Notes: generated by a model from the sequence alone, not told the origin. A DNA stretch of 64,000 bases from the human T2T-CHM13v2.0 reference genome, Homo sapiens (GCF_009914755.1 NC_060928.1); one strand, 5' to 3'. Counted from the stretch's first letter, positions 29,780-43,059 are shown. Numbers and translations are program-made.

Positions 29780-30780
29780 GCTATTGCTAGTAGCTCCTTC
29801 ATTTTGACGAAGAAATATCTTTCAGTAACTTCAAGGAATATAGAAATAACTATTTTGAGACTTTGAATATCTGAAAATATCTTACTATATGTATGCTCAC
29901 AGGTATTGACAGTTTGACTGGATATAGAATTCTAGGTTGAAAATTATCGTTTTTCTTATAATTCTGAAGACATTGCTCTATTGTCTTTAAGTTCCTAGGG
30001 TTGCTGTAAAATGCCATCCTTAGTCCTCATCCTTTGTATATGACCCTTTTTTCTCCTCTGTCTCTCTCTCAGGAAGCTTTTAGTCTTTAGCCATTTCACA
30101 AAGATGCATTTGTTTTCACCGATTGTGCTGGGCATTCAGTGGGTCCTTTTGATCAAGAAGCTTATGAGTCTGGGGAATGAGCTTCAGTATGGGCTAAATT
30201 GTCTGTAGAAAAAACATAATCACCGGTAATTTAGAACAGGTGCGTGCCATGTTTGAGCTGAGACTTAGAGAATTAATTTAGAACTAGTAATAGAAGGGAT
30301 TAGAGGTAGATATACCATAGACAGGAAAATCAATTTGAAGCTCACTTTTCAATATCTGGTTTAATCAACAAATATTATGCCTTCTTTACAAGAAGTGCTG
30401 TTTTTTGTGTTTGGGGGGCATATGAATGAGAATCAACAAGATATTTCCCTCAAGGAAAAATTCATTAAAGAAACAAATCATAAGAATAAAATATATTAAT
30501 CAATTTATGTAAGCAAGTAAATTTATATAATATATAATATTTACATTATTATAGATGGGCAAATTATATTATTTCTTTAGTAATTTCCACTGTATTATAG
30601 TCACTATTTTCTCTTTCTCAGGAATTCACTGGAAGGTGATCCTTCTGGGTTAACATTTCTATTTTTTTTTAACTTTCTGATAAATATATTTGACTTTCTC
30701 TTTTAATTAATTTTAAATTCTGGCCTTCATATTTTTAATTTCCTAGAGCTCCATTTGACCAATCAAAATGTTCTAATGAC
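29780..30780 (-). mobile_element. Very old L1 (L1M) fragments
   Basis: gacagtttgactggatatagaattctaggttgaaaatt...ctgaagacattgctctattgtctt. Confidence 0.6.
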
Positions 30781-31804
30781 CCCTGATTCCTGTTTTTACT
30801 TAATATCAAGGATCTCAAAAACTCATTGTAAGCTCAAAGACTATTAGAATGTCTGTGGTTAAAGTGGAATAGGATAGTTGTCAACTAAAGGGCCTTATTC
30901 ATGAGTGGTTAAGGGACTAACTGATTCTTTCAATAGGGAATACCTAACGTCAGTATCTATAGGCCTCTTGTAAACACAGAAAATAGAAGAGGCCTGGGGA
31001 TAACACCATTCAACAGATTTTCATTTTCCCCCTGTTTTTAGTTCAGCATCTCAGCCCCACCTTCCTCTGTGCCTGGTGTCCTTGAGTCTAGGTCTTCTCT
31101 GATTCATTTTTTCTAGAATTTATATCTCACGTCTACACTGGAGGTGTGGTTGAGGATGGCTGCCTAACTGGTAAAGCAGGAATGGGGACCTAGAAGGTCT
31201 AACTGCCCCTTATTCATTTCTTCAAAGATGTCTCTACTTTATTCAGAGTCACATCTTCCTTTTTGCACACTCAATGCCCCCCATTCCAGGGTGGACAAAT
31301 GGATTCGATTCTCCTCAGTATCCCCTCAGGCAATCAAGTTTACCCTCCTTGGTTCTGCCAAGAGGTTGGTCATTCCTCCTTCAATTTCCTCCATCTATTT
31401 TCTCATATTGTAGTTGAGGGTCACAGAGGGTCTCCATGCTGCATCAAAGATGTATTTGTTTGATGGTTTTCATCTTGTTGTTTGAGGGTGATTTTTGAGA
31501 AAAGAAGGAAGTGCAAATGTCATTTACTCAGCCATCGTAAAATTCAGCAAACAAGTTAAACATTGCTTTTCTTAAAGCCCCTCAGCAAATTGTGTTGGTG
31601 CGGATTCCAGCTTAGCTGTGTTTTCTCCTAAGATGCTGGCTTCCTGCTGTGGTGTTGACCTCTTTTTCCCCTTAACTCCTTACAATTCTCTCACCCCTCC
31701 ACTTCCTCTGCTTCTCTTCATTTTCTCATACAGAAAAGTTCAGACCTCCCTTTGTTCAGCTTCTTTCAGATTTTGTCCAGGGTCCTTTCTTTTCACTCAG
31801 ATGG

Positions 31805-32611
31805 TGTATTAGTTTGCTGTGACAAATTGAGACAGCCAGATGGGAAAGAGTCCCCAGAAAAACTCCAACCAGCATGCGCACTGGAAGGAGTGTGCACTGG
31901 GGTGGAGCCACAGAAGTTCGCGGGGAGGAGCCTGCCCCCTTCTCTTCCTGGGTGGTACCTGGGATTCAAGTTGCGAGGTGGAAAGCATATACTAGCAGGA
32001 TTCTTGCTCTGGCTTTGTGGAGGGTGCCTGTTTCCCTTTCTTTTTTTTCTTTTTTTTCTTTTTTTTTTTGGTGCTTTTCACCCAATAAACTCTGCCCTCC
32101 TCACCCTTCAAATTGTCTGTGAGCCAAATTTTTTGTGACCGTGTGACAAGGACCCCCATCTTTAGCTGAACTAAGGAAAGAGTCCTACAACAAAATTACC
32201 ACAAACTGGGTGGCTTAAAATGACAAAAATGTATTCTCTCAGTCCTGGAAGCTAAAAGGCTGGAATCAAGATGTCAGCAGGGCCATGCTCCCTTGGAAGA
32301 ATCTAAGGAAACATCCTTCCTTGCCTCTTCCTACCTTCTGGTGACTGCTGGCAATCCTTGTCATTCCTTGGCTTACAATTGCATCACTCCAATTGCTGCT
32401 TCTGTGGTCACAAGGCCTTATTCCTGTAGGTGTGTCTGTGTGTCTCCAAATCTTCCTCTTAATCCTTATTAGGATGCGAGTCTTGTTAGATTTAGAGCCC
32501 ATCCTAATCCAGTATGATCTCATCTTCACTTGATTACATCTGCAAAGACTTTATTTCCAAATAAGGTCACATTCTGACGTTCCAAGAAGATGTATATTTG
32601 AGGGACACGCT
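31805..32611 (-). mobile_element. MLT1C-like LTR split by MER61
   Basis: tgtattagtttgctgtgacaaat // taccacaaactgggtggcttaaaa...aatccagtatgatctcatc...tattcaactcacta. Confidence 0.85.
31828..32192 (+). mobile_element. MER61-type ERV1 solo LTR
   Basis: tgagacagccagatgggaaagagtccccagaaaaactccaacc...aataaa...gaactaaggaaagagtcctacaaca; TG..CA ends, 4-bp TSD aaat. Confidence 0.8.
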
Positions 32612-32750
32612 ATTCAACTCACTATTCAACAAATGGTTTATACAATGTTCTGCTGAACAAAGAGTAGTTCTCTCCCTAAAAACTCCTCCTATAGCTCTTA
32701 AGATAAATTATATATATTTGCCCCTCACCACAGTAACTCTTTAATCTTAG

Positions 32751-33074
<324 letters not shown>

Positions 33075-33941
33075 TTTCTCCAGTTATTCTTAAGTGGCAT
33101 TAGCTGGGTATTGGTGCATGAGAACTCTTTGCATTCCCATAGTGCCTAGTCAGTGCTATGTACATAGCAGGTGCTTAGCAAATATAAGAAAAGAAACTTT
33201 TGATATGATGTTTGCTCAGTGCTCTGGTGGGAAAGTATCTCTAAGAACTGATGATTACCTTTCCAGGGATTTTGCTCTTTATAGTTCCCATGGACAACCT
33301 TCTGTGGGTCCTCAGTAATCACTGAATACAGTTAACACTCAGCTCAATATGTAAAGCCCTTCACCACCAGTGCAGGGGCCTCCCTAGTCTCACCTCTCTT
33401 TTAGCCTTTGCTGTCTCTGTCCGTGCTCCAAGCCACCAGACTCTTTCCTAGCCCAGAGCTTTTGCTTGGCTATACCTCCTGCCTGACTGGGTCTCACTTC
33501 CTATATCCCCCAGCCTTCCCTCTTGCTAAACATTTACTCATCCCTCAAGACCTGATCCAAAAGCCACTCCTTCCGTGAAGCCTTCTTGAATTCCCATAAG
33601 CTGAATTCATGTGTTCTGCCTTAATGCTCCCCACCATGTCAACACAGCTCCATTTTAACATTTGCCGCATTCTGAGGAAATTCTTAATGTATGTGTCCAC
33701 TTCCTTCCAGACTGAGATGTCTCTTAGGTATAGTGTCTAGCATAGTGTAAACTCAATGATGTTTGTCCAATGAAGCCATAATGGTGGAGTTGATGATAAA
33801 CAGACATAGGAGTTTTCTGGGTCTTCTTAACCCATGCCTGGGAAGCTGTTGTAGAATTTCTTAGCATGGTCATTGGGTATTAGGGGAGGGAATGTTAGGG
33901 GTCTATATGAGAATCTAAAATCTGTATTAAGAATCCATCAA

Positions 33942-34053
33942 TGCCTATAATCCCAGCACTTTGGGAGACCGAGGCAGGAAGACTGCTTGAGTCCAGGAGT
34001 TCAAGACCAGCCTGGGCAACAGAGCAAGACCTCAACTCTATTTAAAAAAAAAA
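33942..34053 (+). mobile_element. Alu monomer (FLAM_C-like)
   Basis: Single arm and poly-A; aagaatc flanks. Confidence 0.85.
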
Positions 34054-34389
34054 AGAATCAACCCAAGGTGACAATCTTTTATGGCTTGTGACCCTAGATA
34101 ATATAGAACAGTTCTTTCCCTGTGGGAGGCTGGGGAGGGTGTGGAGTCCTAGGGAAGAGGGGTGCCTCTTCCCAGGTTCTTCATCTTAGTTGGGGTCCCT
34201 CCACTTGGCTCAAGTCTTGGGGGCATACTGTATGAAGCTGAAGAACCAAGAAGCTGTAAAAAAGAAAGTGCTCAGGGGCTAGCACTCTCTCACCATCTCA
34301 AATGGACTGTAGGATCCATCTATCTGTGTATGGCTCCTCTCTCTTGATGAGGCAGACATTTCCAGAGCCTCATCTGTATTCCTCAGAGC

Positions 34390-34818
34390 TTTCCGTGTGC
34401 TTCTGATCATTGCAGCTGCCAGTATATCTGCATCTCTGTGTCTAGGGAATTTTTTCCTGGAGCCGTGGAAGGCAGCTCTTTCCACAAGCACAGGGTTTGA
34501 ATTCCAGGGAATCAAGTGCTATGGGAGCAGTCCTCAACCAGACTCTCAGGAGTTGCTATATAAATATCCTAACTCCCTCACCTCCTGGCTGGGGAGAGTT
34601 CTGAGGCATGCATATGACACAGTTTCCCCCTGGGTTAAGCTCCAGTCACTGCCTTCTGTGGCTGGCTCAGTAATGCACCACTTACTGGCTGCCTTCCCTT
34701 CCTGGTATCACTTCCCCAAGTCCTCTTCTGCAGTTTCCTGAGACCACTTCCCAAATAAACCACTTGCATGGAAATTGTTGTCTCAGAGTCTGCTCCTGAG
34801 GGAACTCAAATGAAGAAA
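34390..34818 (+). mobile_element. ERVL LTR (LTR16-like)
   Basis: ccacttcccaaataaaccacttgca...gtctcagagtctgctcctgagggaactcaaa. Confidence 0.65.
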
Positions 34819-34916
34819 CGGGGCCACCCTGGTCTCTTTCACTTTTGTTCTGTGCTCTTCTTGTTACCATTTGACTTATCCTTTCCTCTAATCTCTATAT
34901 CCTTTTAAAAAATCTC

Positions 34917-35356
34917 AGCCGGGCGTGGTGGCTCATGCCTGTAATCCCAGCACTTTGGGAGGCCCAGGCGGGTGGATCACCTGAGGTCAGGAGTATCAGC
35001 CTGGCCAATACGGTGAAACCCCGTTTCTACTAAAAATACAAAAATTAGCCGGGCATGGTGGCATGTGCCTGTAATCCCAGCTACTCGAGAGGCTGAGGCA
35101 AGAGAATTGCTTGAACCGGGGAGGCAGAGCTTGCAGTGAGCTGAGATCCGCCCCTGCACTCCACTGAGATATCTCTTGGGTATAGTGTCTAGCATAGTGT
35201 AAACTCAATAATGGTTGTCCAATGAAGCCATAATGGTGGATTTGATGTTAAACAGGCATAGGAGTTTTCTAGGTCTTCTTAACCCATGCCTGGGAAGCTG
35301 TTGTAGAATTTCTTAGCTCTGGGCAACAGAGCAAGATTCCGTCTGGGGGAAAAAAA
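34917..35356 (+). mobile_element. AluS carrying a 155-bp non-Alu insert near its 3' end
   Basis: Alu runs to ...ctgcactcca, then the insert, then resumes ctgggcaacagagcaag; TSD aaaaaatctca. Confidence 0.95.
35163..35317 (+). repeat. Dispersed direct copy of 33711-33865
   Basis: 155 bp ungapped, 8 substitutions (~95%). Confidence 0.97.
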
Positions 35357-36110
35357 TCTCATATCTCTGCCTTTTTCATGCTTTTTATTTATTCATTTTA
35401 GTAATTATTTCTACTGTTCCATGATGCACACCATCTGTATCTCCTCATGGCTCTCTGCTCCTGCTCTCTCTCCCTACAGCCCTTCATTTACTATTCCCAC
35501 TGCTAACTGTCTGGCACTTGCCTAATTTCTCAGTTCAAATCCGCCAGGGATGAATTTAATGACCCGGCCATCTTTTTTTGCATAAGGCACAGGCTCCTGG
35601 GTGGATTGGCGGCACTCGGGTCATCTGATCACCCCCTGTCCAATCAGAAGGGAGATGGGGCAGGAGCATAGCGGAAGGTTTAATGGCCGACCCCAAGGAG
35701 AAGAGTGGGGAAGCTGTAGCCTGTCTCCTATTCCTTCATATGGACAATTGACATTGTCTTAACTTTATTTTAAATATAACTTCAATTTCTCCTTTGCAAT
35801 CAGATTGTCTTCTTAAGTCTCTCCAATACTGAAATTTCGAAGCTGCTATGGTTGTGCATAAATTAAGACTTGGCCGCCTAAGGACTAGACCCTCAGTAGA
35901 GCTGTGGGCAGGACCTTCCCTGGGAAAAGGAAGTGTCCGTGAGGCCAGTGTATTTGGCAGGTTAATACGCCAAGCATTCTGTGAAAAAAGTCTTTTTTGA
36001 ATCATTACAAAACCTTGGAAAATACAGAAAAGCACAAAGGAAGAAAATAAAAGCCACAGGAAATCCCAGCACCCCGAGATAATCACTCCTTGAATTTTAG
36101 GGCCTTTTCT

Positions 36111-36143
36111 TGTGTGTGTGTGTGTGCGTGTGCGTGTGTGTGT
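36111..36143. repeat. (TG)n/(CGTG)n microsatellite
   Basis: Direct reading. Confidence 0.9.
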
Positions 36144-38469
36144 CTACTTTAGAGGGAAATATTTCTTCCCCATAAAGAGGATTGTCCTACATATGCTGCT
36201 TTTTATAACCTGCATTTTTTTTAACCTACCACTGAACATTTTTCCGTGTCATTAAATATGCTTCTACCATCCTCATTTTGGTGTCAGCCTCGTCTTCCGA
36301 TGCGGGGCTTCCTGCCTGGCTGAGCTGCCTTCTCAACCCTCCCCTCCCCAGGACACTCAGCTGTGAAAGGCGCTGATTTGCACAGGTGGATCTAATGAGC
36401 TCATCTCGCTTCCCCCTACACATTTCAGTTGATCCGAGGCCCAGGGCTGCCAAGTGGGGCCCGGGCTGTCTGTGGTAGTGGGAGCTTCCCCAACAGCCGT
36501 AGACTCTCCGGGGAAATCACCAGTCAGCTCTCTACAGCTTCCTCATTCCCCACACGCCATCTGCAGCTCAGGACACCGGAAACTCAAATCATCAAAAACC
36601 GGAGCTGGAAGCTCCCTTAGGAAGCTGCTCCAGCTCCTCCAGCCCCTCAAAAGCCAGGCTGAGAGAGGGGAAGTGGCCCATCCACACTCAGCCAGGGAGT
36701 CGGTGGCAACGCCAAGACTCAAGTTGTGTCCCTTTAACCAAGCCCGGTCTCTTCTTGCCACCACCCCAATGCCTGTCAGGAGCTGGGGTTTTCCTTCTCC
36801 ACCCATCAGCCCTGCAGGGTGAAGTCTCCATGGCATTCCTGAGCCCCAGGATGAGGCTGCCAACTTAATAGCCCTAGCCCAAGGCTTGACTTTGGGGAAG
36901 GTAACTGCCCCACCAGCCTCCTCTGGATCAAGTCCTAGTTTCACATCCCGGGACATGGTGCGGTTAGAACAGCTGCCTTTCTGACTCTCTGAGGTGGCTG
37001 AGTAAACATTCCCACAACATCAGGTCTTCCTGCCACTGGGGCCTATGTTGGTGAAGTGCGCTGGGCTTTGGAGACTGTCACTAGCCGCTGAGACTCTGCT
37101 TCAGACCTCCAGGCTCTCAGTCCATGGAGCAGATTCTGGTGGCTGGAGCAAGACCAGGAGTCTGGGACAGCCCTGCCCTTCCAGTGGGCAGTCACTTGGA
37201 GATGCCCTCAGGGCTAGCCTGGAGCCCACGTGAGGAGTCTGGTTACCAGGGGAACCTGAAGGAGACTTTGCCTCCATGGTGATTAAAGGAGTCAGGCCCA
37301 GAGTGTGCCTTGGGAAGCAGTTCTTCCAGCTGAGAGCCAGTTCACTCATTGTGAAATGGAAGGAGGATTATCCCAGTGCCCTATCTGCAGTTCTTAGGAG
37401 TCTCGGGCTCTGTGCCTGATTGCAAGAACCCTGGGGGCCTGGCAGTCAAGCAGCATGAAAGGAATTCCAAGGCCTCATTTCCCCCTTTTTACTGAGGCAA
37501 TCTTGGCTGAGCCCCAGCCCCAGGGATGCCCCCATGGCACAGGCAGAGCTCCGGATGACCCCTTTTCTCATCCTGCCAGCCAGTGAAGTGTTTCCAGCTC
37601 TGCATCGCGGCAGGCCGCTTGTGCTTTATCTTCCTGGCATCTTTCTTCCATTTGGTGGGACAAGAGTCTTCTCCAAACATAAGTCCCTTAGCGCTTTTTC
37701 TGCATCTTAAAGAACACACTGCCTTGTTTCATCTTGAATCTACTTCCTTTCTCCTGCAGATTTTCTTAAGCAGCAAGCAGGACCAAACAATTCCCGGTGG
37801 TGGCTGTGTCTGCTAAGAACTAATGCCGTTTTATGTTAGACACTAGAGAAGGAGAGAATGTCATCCTGGAGAGTTGTCCTCATGGAAAAGATGGGGAGCA
37901 AACTCTCCTGTTTGATGCATGAGAACAGATTATTCTTATTCCCTTGGTGACTGAGAGCAAAGCCCCATGCCCGCTGATCCTTCACTCAAGCAGCTCTCAT
38001 CAGGAACCCTCTGCTAACCCTTACACCCCACCTCTAGGCCAAGAAACTGGAAATCTTACTCTATAACTTTTATGAGTTCCCATTCCTTCAAAGACAGTGT
38101 CATTCTCACCATTGCAAGCCAGCAAAAAGATTTCCACCATCACCAGGGGAAGGAGAGAGGCAAGCCAGAAGAAGGAGGTGAACCCCTCTGGTGGCCCAGG
38201 CCCTGGGTCTGGAGCAGGGCAAACACCTCTGAGCTTGGCTACCAAGCAGAAGCAGCAAGAGTTGGAAGGAAGGGTGGAAACCAGGGGACAAGGAGAAGAA
38301 AGGTGGGTGGGAGAAAAGGGAGGGGGTTACCCGAACAATGGAGCCCCAAGATTACCAACCTGCTGCACGGAGTGGAAGAGCTACGAGGAGAACAAAGCTC
38401 TGCTGAGGCAGCCCCTGCTTCCTAACCCTGCTCACGCATGAAGGCAAGAAACCAGCGATACCAGTATTC

Positions 38470-38645
38470 CAGGGAGGGCCAGTTATAGAATTTTTGAGGC
38501 CAGTGTAAAATGAGATTGTGGGCCACCTTACTCAAAAATTATTAAGAACTTCAAGATGGAGACTGAAGAGGATTAAAGCAAGAGTGGGCCCTTGAGCACG
38601 GGGCCCTGGTCAAGGGCACAGGTCACATGTCCATGAAGCCATCCC
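38470..38645. mobile_element. MER91A-like (hAT-Tip100)
   Basis: agggccagttatagaattttt...caaaaattattaagaacttcaagatgg...gcacaggtcacatgtccatgaagcc. Confidence 0.75.
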
Positions 38646-38769
38646 AATTCCAGGGCTGGGGCTGGTGATCTGATGGTCTCTGGCCTAATTCAGATGCAGT
38701 TTATTGAAATTGAAAACAAATCTTGGGGGGGACATAATAAGATCAAATCGAGGGATGGAAGTTACATCA

Positions 38770-39460
38770 ATAATACCTAGTTATTGAGTACCTGCTGTAT
38801 GTCAGGCTTTCTTCTAAATGCCTTATATATGTTCCCTAATTCAAACTTTATGACAACTAAATGGGGTAGGTACTACCATCATCATCATTATCTGCCAGCT
38901 TAAGACACTGAGGCACTGAAAGGTTGAGTGATAGAACCATTGTGACCATTAGTTACCGGAAAGGCTAAGTAATTTGCTCAAGGACATCAAGCTTCCTAAG
39001 TGAAAGAGCTGGGATTTGAATGTAGGGCTAGGGCCCATGCCCCTAATCATTTAACAGTGCTGCAAACTTAGTGGGCAATTTCATCCAAGGGAAGCTTCTT
39101 TACAAGGAATCATCTTCCTGCAGCAAAGGAGGTTCTAAGTAGAGGTGTTCAGAGAGCCATGGCTGGCAACATTTGAATATAGGCAGGATCCCCTTTACAA
39201 AGGGGAAGCCAGCATTGCTATGGAGTTGGATGAAATGACAACAATCCTCATAAGACCTACCACTTTCTCAGTATTTGTGATAAGTCAGCAACTATGCTAA
39301 GCATTTTATAAGCACTTTTAGAGCCCAGAATATTAGTGCCTTGTCCTGTTTTACGGAAAAGGAAACAAGCCCAAAGGCACAAAACTTAGAGCTGTCATTC
39401 CCTAGAGTCAAGGAGCCAGGATGCAACCCCAGATCAGTCTTCCTCCAAAGCCCTTGCTTT
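38770..39460 (-). mobile_element. Two MIR fragments
   Basis: ttattgagtacctgctgtatgtcaggc...taagtaatttgctcaagg...gagctgggatttgaa; second copy ~39240-39460. Confidence 0.65.
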
Positions 39461-40382
39461 CAACAGCTGTAAGATACAGGTTGGCTTTTAAAGTCCCTTC
39501 CACCCATAAGATGCAATAATTCTGAATGTCCATGGGGAAATGATATTGCGTCTGCCTGTGCGGTTTTATTTTCGCCAGTACTGATATTTTTATTGAGAGG
39601 TGGGAGGCTGCCAGGGGCCCGTGGAATCTGTTCCCTGTCTTGTGTCAGTCCTCTGGCACGTAGGACCAAATCCTGGCCAGATCCCACCGATTCTTCCTCG
39701 CACTCTACAATCTGAGCTTTGTTTAAGTGATGGTGAATGCCTGTATTTCTGATTTCATCTGTGCTTAACAAGATAACTTCATAAGTGCTGGTGTGATGTC
39801 CAGAAAAGTTCGTGAAGTCTCACTTTCTTTGAGCCAGGAAGCTTGTGACAACTTCTGTACCTCACACTGACCTGCAAGATGCCCTCTAGAAGTTTCAGAG
39901 TTAAAGCCACAAGCTAAAGGGCTTTAAGCCCAAGCACAGGCTAAGGGCTCTTCCAGTTTCCTGTCTCTGCTTCCAAACTGGCCCGCAGGAATTCTGTCTT
40001 ATGGTTCTGGAACTGTCAGCACCAGCAGGCCCCTAAGGATATTGGAATCCTAAAGGGCACGTGCCAGGACCCAGACCTCTGCCGCTGTAGACACCCTGCT
40101 CTTCAGAAGAGCAATACATGTCACCTGTACTAGTGCCTTAGGGCTGCTGTAACAACAGAAAGTTATTCTTTCGCAGTTCTGGAGGCCAGAAGTCTGAACT
40201 CAGGGTGTCTGCAGGGCTGCGCTCCCTCTGAAGGCCCTAGGGTAGAACCTGTTCCATGCCCTCTTCTTAGCTTCTGGAGTTCCCAAGAATCCTGGTGGTT
40301 CCTTGTCTTGTGGATATATGGCTCCAATTTCTGCATTTATCATCCCAAGGACTTTTTTCTGTGTCTCTGTTTTTTTCTCCTC

Positions 40383-40673
40383 TTTTTTTCTTCTTTAAGA
40401 GACAGGGTCTCGCTCTGTCACCCAGGTTGCCGTGGTGCCATCATAGCTCACTGCAGCTTTGAACTCTTGGGATCAATTGATCCTCCTGCCTCAGCCCACC
40501 AAGTAGCTGGGGCTACAGGTGCATGCCACCATGCCCAGCTAATTTTTAATTTTTTTGGAGATGGAGTCTTGCTGTGTTGCCCAGGCTAGTCTCAAACTCC
40601 TGGCCTCAAGCAATCCTCCTGCCTTGGCATCCCAAAGTTCTGGGATTATAGGTGTGAGCCACCACACCTGGTC
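40383..40673 (-). mobile_element. AluJ
   Basis: Reverse Alu with J-type motifs. Confidence 0.9.
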
Positions 40674-40789
40674 TCTTCTTCTCATTTTATAAAGACAGCA
40701 ACCATATTTAATTAGGGCCTATCCTAATCAAATATGACTTCATCTTAACTTGATTACATCTGCAAAGACCCTATATCCGAATAAGTTCA

Positions 40790-41275
40790 TGTAGGGGAGA
40801 AACTATAATTTCTCCCCTCCCTTTTATGTTCTTATTTGAGACACTCTGGAAAACAAAAGTCAGATTAACAAAAGAGAAACAAGCAGAAATGTATTAATGC
40901 ATGCTCTGCCTATCATGCGGAAGAGGCCTCAGTTCAAAAGTATTTCTCTCTCAAGCTAGTGGCGTAGAAGCCTTGCTTAAACAATATTTTAACAAAGAGC
41001 CATAAATCCTATCTAGTGACAAGACAAAGGAGAGAGCAGTTTCAGTGTTTGAAAAAGTGGGAAAATGTGGGAAGAGAGTAAAATCTGTTCCTAGATTTTC
41101 CTGGTGCCTGCAGGTGCTTTCTCTGGGCTGATAAGCAAGTGATGTGTCTTAAGTAAGGAAGGATTCGTGCCTGTCATCAGGCAAGTAGAGGCCAAGGCAG
41201 TGTTCCCCTGCATTTTCAGTGTCTTTAACTTAACAATCCTCACTATTTTGAGAAGAAATATTTTGGTTTCCTGCA
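40790..41275 (-). mobile_element. ERV1-class solo LTR (MER34/MER39/LTR48-like, family uncertain)
   Basis: TG..CA ends; minus strand starts tgcaggaaaccaaaatatttc; 4-bp TSD ttca on both sides. Confidence 0.65.
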
Positions 41276-41429
41276 TTCACAGGGACCTCAAGTTAGCACA
41301 TCAACATATCTTTTTAGGGAACACAATTCCACCCACACATGGCCCATACCTCAGTGAACACACGTGGTGACTGAGGATGTGCGGTGTGTATATTGCTAGG
41401 GACACTTATATAGCATTTCCTGTTTGCCA

Positions 41430-41615
41430 GCACTGTTCATCATTTAATCCTCACCATGGCCCTACAAGTAGGTTCTGTGAATATCCCCATTCTACAGATG
41501 AGGAAACGGAGGGCCAGGGAGGTTAAGCAGCTTGCCCAAAATCACGGTGTACTTCACACTGACCAAGCTACCAAGAGCAGACCTGAGCTTCACACCCAGG
41601 GTGGCAGAGCTCTGA
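41430..41615 (-). mobile_element. MIR
   Basis: catttaatcctcacc...atccccattctacagatgaggaaacggagg...ggttaagcagcttgcccaa. Confidence 0.8.
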
Positions 41616-41864
41616 AGTCCCAGGTGATTCACCAGGACATTGTGCAGCCTGCGGGGAGGAGAGGGAAAAGGAAGTTGAAGCTCTTATATCATCAAGAGCT
41701 TTAGACCCATTGAGACCAAAGCACTCTGCAACAACTGGGCAATTCTACAAAGGGAAGCTGTGGGCTCCATGCTGGATGCCATGGCTTCTGATGGATCATT
41801 TCAGGTCATTTATCTGAAGCTGAGTTTCTTCATCCATCAGACAAGACCATGGAAGCTGCCCCAC

Positions 41865-42949
41865 CATTGCGGGAAGTCAGGGACCCCAAACAGAGGGACC
41901 GGCTGAAGCCATGGCAGAAGAACATAAATTGTGAAGATTTCATGGACATTTATTAGGTCCCCAAATTAATACTTTTATAATTTCTTACTCCTGTCTTTCC
42001 TGCAATCTCTGAACATAAATTGTGAAGATTTCATGGACACTTATCATTTCCCCAATCAATACCCTTGTGATTTCCTATGCCTGTCTTTACTTTAATCTCT
42101 TAATCCCGTCATTTTCGTAAGCTGAGGAGGACGTATGTCGCCTCAGGACCCTGTGATGATTGTGTTAACTGCATAAATTGTTTGTAGAGCATGTGTGTTT
42201 GAACAATATGAAATCTGGGCACCTTGAAAAAAGAACAGGATAACAGCAATGTTCAGGGAACAAGAGAGATAACCTTAAACTCTGACCGCTGGTGAGCCAG
42301 GTGGAACAGAGCCATATTTCTTTTCTTTCAAAAGCAAATGGGAGAAATATTGCTGAATTCTTTTTCTCAGCAAGGAACATCCCTGAGAAACAGAATGCGT
42401 CCCTGAGGGTAGGCCTCTAAAATGGCCCCCGTGGGTGCAGCCATCTTCTATGGTCAAAACTGTAGGGATGAAATAAGCCCCAGTCTCCCATAGTGCTCCC
42501 AGGCTTATTAGGACGAAGAAATTCCCGCCTAATAAATTTTGGTCAGACCGGTTGTCTGCTCTCAAACCCTGTCTCCTGATAAGATGTTATCAGTGACAAT
42601 GCGTGCCGAAACTTCATTAGCAATTTTAATTTCGCCCGGTCCTGTGGTCCTGTGATCTCGCCCTGCCTCCATTTGCCTTGTGATATTCTATTACCTTGTG
42701 AAGCACATGATCTCTGTGACCTACACCCTATTCGTACACTCCCTGCTCTTTTGAAAATCACTAGTAGAAACTTGCTGGTTTTAAGGCTCAGGGGGCATCA
42801 CGGAACCTACCGACATGTGATGACTCCCCCGGACGCCCAGCTTTAAAATTTCTCTCTTTTGTACTCTGTCTCTTTATTTCTCAAACTGGCTGATGCTTAG
42901 GGAAAACAGAAAAGAACCTACATGAAATCGGGGGCAGGTTCCCTTGATA
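41865..42949 (+). mobile_element. MER11 (HERV-K11/HML-8) solo LTR, full length
   Basis: ttgcgggaagtcagggaccccaaacagagggaccggctgaagcc...gggggcaggttcccttgata; 6-bp TSD ccccac. Confidence 0.92.
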
Positions 42950-43059
42950 CCCCACCCATCTCAAAGAATAGCCGTAAGGATCAATACCAAGGCTTGTGCT
43001 GGCCCTCAGACGCCCTCTATCTGTAAACTGCTCATCCACCTGGCCCCCACCTCCTTCAG

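Larger units (their letters stand above)
40126..41338 (-). mobile_element. MLT1C/D-like LTR split by an AluJ and an ERV1 LTR
   Basis: agggctgctgtaacaacagaaa...cagttctggaggccagaagtctgaa...ttgattacatctgcaaagaccct. Confidence 0.8.

Noticed and set aside
38072-38441. Two overlapping ORFs over 110 aa, with a coding-looking stretch (EWKSYEENKALLRQPLL)
   Set aside because: No recognisable domain or convincing splice context. Purine-rich DNA is poor in stop codons. It would need BLAST or RNA-seq support.
41920-42040. Direct repeat gaacataaattgtgaagatttcatggaca (twice)
   Set aside because: As I recall, this is an internal repeat of the MER11 consensus, not a locus-specific event.
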